Positions 40,668 to 47,791 of a DNA stretch of 47,791 nucleotides are shown here, in pieces. Origin of the DNA: Trichomonas gallinae. Its lineage: Eukaryota. The stretch is taken from positions 1 to 47,791 of the forward strand of contig MRSU01007152.1 of assembly GCA_008369845.1 (NCBI GenBank). The letters are read 5' to 3'. The position numbers and the translations under genes are program-made. Positions within the stretch are counted from its first letter, which is position 1, and each line of letters begins with the position of its first letter. The notes beneath the pieces are model-generated. The model did no database searches. It was not told the DNA's origin and saw only the letters and a program-made list of their open reading frames with translations.

Positions 40668-41087
40668 ATGTCAAGTGATAAGAATTTCTTTTGGCACGGC
40701 ATCCTCAATCTTAATGATCTCGGTGCCCACGCATTTTTCGACGTAAAGATTAAGAAGAACGTCCCAGATGCTCCAAATCAAGTCGGCATCATGACAAGCG
40801 ATATTCCACCTCTTCCTATGAACGAAACAGATACTCTCCATGCGACATTCCTTTTAGAGAATAACGTCGGCCTTAACACTGTTCGTTATCGCGTTGCTGA
40901 AGCTTCATTCCCTGGAAACCAATTGTATCAAGCAATCAAGGAGGTCGCTGGCCCACAAACAACTATCTCTGTCCCATTTGAAAAGGGTGAATGGCAGTTT
41001 TCCAAGCAAGGAACAACATGGATTCTTCGTCAAATCCTTTTATATGTTCCAATGGCTCAGCTTCGTAAGTTCATCAAGGATCCATAA
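40668..41087 (+). CDS. Hypothetical globular protein, 139 aa
   Basis: Biased codon usage; stop embedded in TAAA; alternating hydrophobic (beta-like) segments; family not recognised. Confidence 0.8.
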   Translation: MSSDKNFFWHGILNLNDLGAHAFFDVKIKKNVPDAPNQVGIMTSDIPPLPMNETDTLHATFLLENNVGLNTVRYRVAEASFPGNQLYQAIKEVAGPQTTISVPFEKGEWQFSKQGTTWILRQILLYVPMAQLRKFIKDP

Positions 41088-41508
41088 ACTACATATTGTC
41101 ATATAACTAAATATTTCATATATATGAAATACCCTCCAAATTTATTATATCGAAAACAAAAATACTGCTTTATAACCGAAAAATCTTCGTGAAACTGACT
41201 ACTACTATCCCACATACGTACCATCAACAATCCATTTTCATAATTCTGGAAAAATATTTAATTATATTTTTCAAATTAATGAATTGTTGGTTTTTATTTG
41301 AATATATTTCCTCATATTATCTGTATGAGTATGATTTAAGTGTGCAAAAATGCTAGTTTGCAGTATTTTCTGGAAATTATTATTTTGCAAGCATAATAAG
41401 TAAAATTGAGACTAATTCTATAAATCAATTTGCTGTAGTATCATCTGTGAGTGCTGTGAGGGTCTTTGCTCTAAATAAAACTGATTAACAAACAAAAAAA
41501 GAAAAATT

Positions 41509-44268
41509 TTAGACAAATTCTATGCTTGTATTTGCTGTAGCTTCGCATAGAAGGGCTGAAAGTATCTTTGCTGTGAATTTAGATGCAGCGTAGAATATTG
41601 GCCCTTCTTGTTTATCAAAAACAAGATCGAAGTTAAAAACAGCGACTGTGGAGTTTGCGAAGCAGACAGCCAGCTCACGCTCGCATTTCATTGACACTTC
41701 TTCAGATATTCTCTGCTTATCTTGAATTACAAATGGAATCGAATTGAAAATATTGTCGCTGAAGGCTCCAAACATGAATAATTCGTCTTTAAACGGTATT
41801 ATTCTCTCACTAATTGTCGCCCAGTCGATTCTTTGCATAGTATCTTGAAATCTAATATTTTCATTCGGAAGATAAACATCAGGGAACTCCCTAACTAGTG
41901 TCGCTGATATAGCTACAGGTTTTGATTTCAATTTGTTGAAGATTTCCGTGTGGAAGTTCAATGTTTCTTCGTTTGAAAGATCTCTCGGGAGCCACATCGC
42001 GTATGAGCTTGCTTCAGGTATTTCTAAGTCATTTTCTTGCACGAATTTAACAATAACTTCCTGAAAACCTGCAAAAAGCAACTGTGTTTGTAATTGATTT
42101 GAAATATTTTCATTTTCTGGGCAAAATGCAAAAACACAGATACTTATTGGAACAAGTACCCTTGAATTAGGAAGTATTGGTGTTCTTGCTGGCTCAAATT
42201 TAAACCAATCATTTTGATCAATAATAATTATCGGAATATCATATGATGGGAACTGGAAAACAAGAGACAACTTATTGCAGATAGCAAATATATTAAAAGG
42301 CAAGCGTGATTGCCTCACCATTCCTGGTATATTAAGAGCTGCAGCAAATTTTGCAATTTTTGATTCATCATTTGACATAATTTTCAAATCTTCTGTGATA
42401 ACTTCCTTATTTCTAACTACTAGTGCAGCCAAGATCGCAAGATCATCATCTGTTAATTTATCAAACATCAAAAATGACAAGGGAACAACTTGATCAATAA
42501 CTATATCTGATATATGCTTCAATGACATTCGAGATAAAATCTTTAACGCGCTTGAAATCGTAATTTCAGTGACAGGAAGAATAATTTCGCTCTTTTTAAG
42601 CCTAATACTAGATTTTTCTAGGAATAATAAGAATAGAGCGTGTGCATAATGATCTTTGAACGTGTTATTATGTATTAAATTGATTGTTTTTCGATCAAAT
42701 AAATAATCTGGAATTTCTTCTCTAAAAACCTTTAAAGCAGCAATCATTGCATCAACATTGAGTTTTACTTTGAGAGAATCAACTTTTCCTTGAATTCCCA
42801 ATGAAAAATATTGATCTATTGCAAATAATAGATAAGCAGCAGATTTGTCATCATTTTCTATTAAATTTGTGAAATCAACAAGCATGTTATCAGTGATTTT
42901 TTGCCTATTACTGATCATCCACTTGAAAATTAAATCTTTCGAGATTTGATCTTGTAGATTAAAGGCTGAGGACAGTTGTTCATATGTAAACTGTGTGATT
43001 TTATTGATATACTCTGAGTTGATAACCAAATCTATGTATTCTGGATGTTTTTTAATTTCTTCTGATGTTATCTGGAAACAATAACTGTAGATCTCTGAGT
43101 CAGCTGTATTCATTTCCTTTGCTGCAAAATTGAGAATTTCGAACAGTTGTATTGGCTCTAAAATGGATAAATCGATTAATTTGTTCTGACAAAGCAATTT
43201 AAATATTTTATCGCGAACTTCAAAGTCACCACCGCTGCATAGTGACAGTGTAGCATATGGCGCAATGCTTGAATCGCACTGGCTGATGTCTGTTGCGTTT
43301 AAACAAATTAAAATCTTGTGTGGATCAAGATATTTGATCATTTCTGGTTTGCAAATGATAATACTCTCTTCTATAGGTGGTATTAACTGATTGTATTGCG
43401 AATAACACCAAACGATAAATCTTCGAAGATCAATTAAATACTTTTTGTAGGTTTCTGGCTTCTTAGAATTCTGTATTTTGTCTTTTACCTCAGTGCATAA
43501 CCTGTAGAACTCAAATTTAAAGGTTGTTTGATCTTTCACATATTTACCAAAAACATTTGCAAGCCAATTTAAAACGAAATATGTTATTTCCTCAACTTGA
43601 TGGACCTTTGTTTTGGATTCTTCATAAAGACGAAGAATTGGCTGAGAAAAAATTAAAGAATGAATAATTTCTTGAATTTCAGCATTTTTGCATAATGAAT
43701 CGATTACATTGTTTATATCTGTATTTTTAAGTCTATCCCAAAAGCATTGTACGATTTTTTCGACAATTGGAATTCGCAAATTTTGTAATCTTTGTCCTTT
43801 TACATAAAATTTCTCGATAACTGACAGTAGATACAGTGATGTTTCGAGTGTAAAGCTGTAAATTTGAATTTCTATATTATAACGGAGAATTTCAAAATTA
43901 ATTAACGAAGCTAAGCAGTATAGTTGAATAAAATCAGCGATTTTCAGGTCAAATTGTATTATTTTTTCTGTTTTATAGAATATTTCGGAATATTGAACTG
44001 GTTGCATTAATTTTTCGAGAATATTGCAGGAATTTTCCCATGGTACATCGATATCCAGTGTTTGTTCTTTGATTTGTACTTGTTTATCGATTGTATCTAC
44101 TATGATTTGGTCCTTTTTAGGGAGTAAATTATTTAAAATCGAGATTGGAATCGAAAAACTCCTTTGTAATTTCTGTGTCGGAAAATTTAGGTTAATTTTG
44201 ACAATTCCGCAGAATGGACTTCGAACATTTGCATATTCTTCCAGTATTATATGAATAGTATCATCCAT
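41509..44268 (-). CDS. Hypothetical protein, 919 aa (helical body, possible degenerate BTB-like N-terminus)
   Basis: Long ORF with AAAGTGAC upstream. LDIDVP..ILEKL..FIQLYCLASLINFEIL is only weakly BTB-like. Confidence 0.75.
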   Translation of the reverse strand: MDDTIHIILEEYANVRSPFCGIVKINLNFPTQKLQRSFSIPISILNNLLPKKDQIIVDTIDKQVQIKEQTLDIDVPWENSCNILEKLMQPVQYSEIFYKTEKIIQFDLKIADFIQLYCLASLINFEILRYNIEIQIYSFTLETSLYLLSVIEKFYVKGQRLQNLRIPIVEKIVQCFWDRLKNTDINNVIDSLCKNAEIQEIIHSLIFSQPILRLYEESKTKVHQVEEITYFVLNWLANVFGKYVKDQTTFKFEFYRLCTEVKDKIQNSKKPETYKKYLIDLRRFIVWCYSQYNQLIPPIEESIIICKPEMIKYLDPHKILICLNATDISQCDSSIAPYATLSLCSGGDFEVRDKIFKLLCQNKLIDLSILEPIQLFEILNFAAKEMNTADSEIYSYCFQITSEEIKKHPEYIDLVINSEYINKITQFTYEQLSSAFNLQDQISKDLIFKWMISNRQKITDNMLVDFTNLIENDDKSAAYLLFAIDQYFSLGIQGKVDSLKVKLNVDAMIAALKVFREEIPDYLFDRKTINLIHNNTFKDHYAHALFLLFLEKSSIRLKKSEIILPVTEITISSALKILSRMSLKHISDIVIDQVVPLSFLMFDKLTDDDLAILAALVVRNKEVITEDLKIMSNDESKIAKFAAALNIPGMVRQSRLPFNIFAICNKLSLVFQFPSYDIPIIIIDQNDWFKFEPARTPILPNSRVLVPISICVFAFCPENENISNQLQTQLLFAGFQEVIVKFVQENDLEIPEASSYAMWLPRDLSNEETLNFHTEIFNKLKSKPVAISATLVREFPDVYLPNENIRFQDTMQRIDWATISERIIPFKDELFMFGAFSDNIFNSIPFVIQDKQRISEEVSMKCERELAVCFANSTVAVFNFDLVFDKQEGPIFYAASKFTAKILSALLCEATANTSIEFV

Positions 44269-44645
44269 TCATGTCACTTTTAATTTGTCATGTAAAAAAC
44301 ACAAAATTTTACATGACAAAAATTTATTGTACTTTGATTTTTTCATGAATGAGCAGTTATATAGCTAATTTGATATATTATTCCTATGAAAATATGTATA
44401 TATATACTAGGGTTCAAATATCTTTGCTATATAACATGCAATAAATGAGAAATAATTCTTCAATATGTCAACAATTTGAAAATATAACGAATCAAAGCGG
44501 TTATTATCAACTATGAATATGTTATGTATTAGAACTTTGTTTGAGATAATATGAAAAATAAATTACCGCAAATAACATGCAAATCTTTATATAATATATA
44601 GAACATTTAATTAACATTATTCATGAGTAATAAAAAACAAATAAA

Positions 44646-45239
44646 TTAGCAACAACCATTTTCCTGTTTTGGTTCTTGATGAGATGGAAGATGAACAAAG
44701 CCTTCATTCCTAATTTTCAACGAAGAAGCGTGTAATTGCATACATATATCATGGAATAAATCGTGAACGCCTTGGCCTGTTTTTGCTGATGTAAGGAAGC
44801 AGTGATAGCCCTTATCTGTATATTTATCAAGTACTGATGGCCCTACTTCGAAATGTGATGATAAATCGCATTTATTTCCGACAATATACAATAGCGCTTC
44901 TTTATCGGCGGCTTCTGTGAAGAGTTCTATCCAATTATCAAGCTTGGTGAAGGATTCTTTGTTTGTAAGATCGAATACGATCAAGCCAACTGCAGCGTCA
45001 CGGCAATATATAGGACTTAGTGCGCGGTACTTTTCCTGTCCAGCCGTATCCCAAATTTGCAACTCGACTTTTTGATTTTGTATAGTTTCTACGTGCATTA
45101 AGAAATTTCCGCCGATTGTAGGCGTTTCTGATTCAGAAAAACGTGAATTGATGAGTCTGTTGATGATGGATGTCTTGCCTACATTGGTTTCGCCGATCGT
45201 TACCACTCTAAACAAGAAAGAATTCGACTCAAAATCCAT
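44646..45239 (-). CDS. Rab-family small GTPase (Rab5-group-like, divergent)
   Basis: GETNVGKTS, PTIGGNF, WDTAGQEKYRAL, GNKCD, TSAK and a C-terminal CC prenylation motif. Likely ATG at 45239 (MDFESNS). Confidence 0.93.
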   Translation of the reverse strand: MDFESNSFLFRVVTIGETNVGKTSIINRLINSRFSESETPTIGGNFLMHVETIQNQKVELQIWDTAGQEKYRALSPIYCRDAAVGLIVFDLTNKESFTKLDNWIELFTEAADKEALLYIVGNKCDLSSHFEVGPSVLDKYTDKGYHCFLTSAKTGQGVHDLFHDICMQLHASSLKIRNEGFVHLPSHQEPKQENGCC

Positions 45240-45850
45240 GAACAATAAAAAATAAACAAAAAAAGGTGAATATCGCATTGCAGCACTTTCTGGAACTGCA
45301 AAACGCTTAGTGAGCACCTAAATCCCCTATATATCATCCAAATGAAGCCAAATTCTTTAAATTAATTCATTCAATAAAATTAAAAATAGGCAAAACTGGT
45401 TATAGCACTGTTAATTTCGCTTAATATTCGTATAATATGGTTAATGACATATGAAATAATAGATAATAAATTAATAAATTTGTATTATCGATATTTTTCT
45501 TCATTGACCAGCATTTGAAAGTTTTAATCCTCATAAATCTCATCTTTAAATCCTAATACATTGATTTCAATATATAATCAACCATTAACTCAAATAGAAA
45601 TTCATTATATTTGCAGAATCAACATTATATATGATAAATGACTATAATATTTTGAAAATAAGTTTGAATTAGAAAAATAAGAGGTTTTACATCGAGTAAC
45701 TATAGTACATCCATTAAGTTTTTATGAGAATTCAAAAATAATATAATTTTGTGAATAGATTTTGAAAATTTTGTGATATTTATTAATTATTATGTCAAAG
45801 GATGTGAATGAAAGAAAAAAATGAACTGCCGAACGTTTGAAATTTAAAAA

Positions 45851-47464
45851 ATGGTGGAAGAGTTTCAAGAATCGCTTGAAGAATTTGGAAGAGCGATAGA
45901 CTTCTTCATGAAGTTTTCGAACAAAGAAAAGGAATTTATATGCAAGTCAGTCGAAACTGATGATATTTATCACCAATTTCAATTTTATTTAACAACTTTT
46001 AACGAACATTGGCAAAAAATAAAGAAAATAGCATTAATAGGTAATGGTGGTTCGCATAATGATCTTATAGAAACCTCAACTCGATTAAACGAACAAATTG
46101 ATAAGTTATCTAAGGCACATCTTAAGATTGCGTCACTTGAAAAGTCTATTTCATCACAAGAAGCTGAAAATGCAAAACTTACACTTGAAATTCTCGAATT
46201 ACAAAAGAAACTCGACGAATCTGGAAAAGATTCTAGTAATGCAGCCGTTCAAATCACTCAATTACAGGAGCAAATTACTCTTCTGCAGAAAGAGCTTAAA
46301 TTTTCTAAACAAGAAATAACAATTTCTCAGCAAAAACTCACAGAACACCTCGAAATTGCATCTTCAGCTCAAAACGAGATAACAACAGTACAATCAGACT
46401 TACAGAACCAAATATCGATCAACAAGAAACTCCAAGAAGATATTGTCGCTTTGAAATCTCAAATTTCTTCAAATCAAGAGCAAATCTCGAAATACAAGAC
46501 TCAGCAGCAGCAAAATGAAGCAACAATCTCAAACCTTCAAAACCAAATCAATACACAAGCGGATGAAAAAATCAGATTAAATATGCGAATTTCTGACTTA
46601 GAAAACGAGCCAAACCGTCCAAATGTAGTATTACTGCAAGAAGATAAGAACCATCTGCAAGCTTTGAATGAGCAATTAAAGACACAGCTCGAAAAAGCAA
46701 CAAGTGAAGCAACATCAATGCAATCTGAGCTTATTTCGAAGAATACAACTATAGAAACACTCACTAAGAAGTGTGATGACCTTCAGCAAAGTGTTGAGCA
46801 AATAACAACGAATTATAAAGAATTAAGAACAGAATTTACAGAAAAAGAGAAAATTCTCACTGAGTCGAAGCTACAAGCACAGCAAACAGAGCAACAGTTA
46901 TCAAATCAGCAACAAGCAGTTGAAAAATACATGCAAACAATTAATAATTCGTACAAATTAACAAAAAGTGTTCTTTCTAGCATCACTGACTTCGAACAGA
47001 AGCTGAATTCGAGATTAAACGACATGGAAGACCAGCTCGACTTAATGGATCCAAAAGTTTCCAAATTGGACTCGACACAGAGAAGAATTCTCGAAGAATA
47101 CGAAAAAGAGAACAAAAACACGAAGAAACTGCTAAAATATGCAGTAGAGAGCCTCATCAATCTCGCTGAGTTGGATGAAAACCATCCAACTGTTGAGTCT
47201 ATAATGGAGAACCCTCAGTCTTTAATCGAAATCGTTGACATTACAACAAAGAATCTCAGAAGATCATCTATTTCTAAAACATATTCAGCGCCTCTTGTTC
47301 CATCAAGGAATTCTTCATCTGTGTCAAGCTCTGTCTCTACAATGAGTGACTTGATGCAGCTGATTAGTGCTCAGATGCAGGAAGAGCACGAACAGCTAAT
47401 GACTGCAATAGGTGACACAAATGCGCCAACATTCAGATCAGCTGTCACTCCAAAGAAGAAATAA
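45851..47464 (+). CDS. Coiled-coil protein, 537 aa
   Basis: Q/E/K/L heptads and a Ser-rich C-terminal region. Confidence 0.85.
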   Translation: MVEEFQESLEEFGRAIDFFMKFSNKEKEFICKSVETDDIYHQFQFYLTTFNEHWQKIKKIALIGNGGSHNDLIETSTRLNEQIDKLSKAHLKIASLEKSISSQEAENAKLTLEILELQKKLDESGKDSSNAAVQITQLQEQITLLQKELKFSKQEITISQQKLTEHLEIASSAQNEITTVQSDLQNQISINKKLQEDIVALKSQISSNQEQISKYKTQQQQNEATISNLQNQINTQADEKIRLNMRISDLENEPNRPNVVLLQEDKNHLQALNEQLKTQLEKATSEATSMQSELISKNTTIETLTKKCDDLQQSVEQITTNYKELRTEFTEKEKILTESKLQAQQTEQQLSNQQQAVEKYMQTINNSYKLTKSVLSSITDFEQKLNSRLNDMEDQLDLMDPKVSKLDSTQRRILEEYEKENKNTKKLLKYAVESLINLAELDENHPTVESIMENPQSLIEIVDITTKNLRRSSISKTYSAPLVPSRNSSSVSSSVSTMSDLMQLISAQMQEEHEQLMTAIGDTNAPTFRSAVTPKKK

Positions 47465-47713
47465 TGTTTTTTGTTTTGTATTATGAATTAAAAATCTATT
47501 TGTTATCTATAGAATCATCACATGTAACTACTCTACTTATTCAATGAGTTTGGATTCATTTCTACCATTATCTAAGAAAATCTATGTGTTTTGACATGTA
47601 AAATGTAACTTTTGACGTGTAAAGATTTGAAAAAACTCATCACTTCATGTGAACTCAGATGGAAAAAAAGAGAAAAATGATGTAAATTATAAAGAAATCG
47701 AAATACCGATAAT

Positions 47714-47791
47714 TTAGAAGCACTTGCGGTGGACGATGGATGGGCCAGCCTCGTCGTATTCCTCCTTTGTGATGACCATCTGTGGGAATGT
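47714..47791 (-). CDS. ACT: Actin, C-terminal 25 codons (5' partial)
   Basis: The reverse complement reads TFPQMVITKEEYDEAGPSIVHRKCF*, the actin C-terminus. The stop lies within TAAA. Not in the ORF track. Confidence 0.95.
   Translation of the reverse strand, partial: TFPQMVITKEEYDEAGPSIVHRKCF

Noticed and set aside
3242..45239. Apparent cluster of membrane-trafficking genes (C9orf72-like, adaptin ear, Vps18-like, NPF protein, Rab)
   Set aside because: They are interspersed with unrelated genes, and trafficking families are heavily expanded in trichomonads, so chance co-location is likely.

Overview
AT-rich, gene-dense, apparently intronless eukaryotic DNA. It most likely comes from a trichomonad (Trichomonas vaginalis-like), judged from short intergenic spacers, TCAY(T/A) initiator-like and AAAGTGAC elements just upstream of ATGs, and the gene families present. 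There are about 23 protein genes. Recognisable ones: a GT61/DUF563-like glycosyltransferase (partial, with a homopolymer frameshift), a C9orf72-like DENN protein, a DRG GTPase, a stand-alone alpha-adaptin ear, a CFAP100/CCDC38-like protein, a degenerate uridine-phosphorylase-family protein, a 2800-aa Vps18-like RING protein, an NPF/FGGF-repeat protein, importin-beta-like and ARM proteins, symplekin, a BRSK-like kinase, LSG1, a Rab, and the 3' end of actin. The most notable observations are: (1) the giant Vps18-like protein lacks the beta-propeller and carries at least 11 units of a ~95-aa Trp-anchored repeat; (2) a TTTGTCRTGTAAA element recurs in phased and inverted arrays in many intergenic regions; (3) a hairpin / Sm-like site / hairpin ncRNA candidate; (4) two diverged intergenic tandem repeats; (5) a probable nucleoside-phosphorylase pseudoenzyme. 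All family calls come from motifs recognised by eye, with no database search. No mobile element, CRISPR array, tRNA or rRNA was seen.
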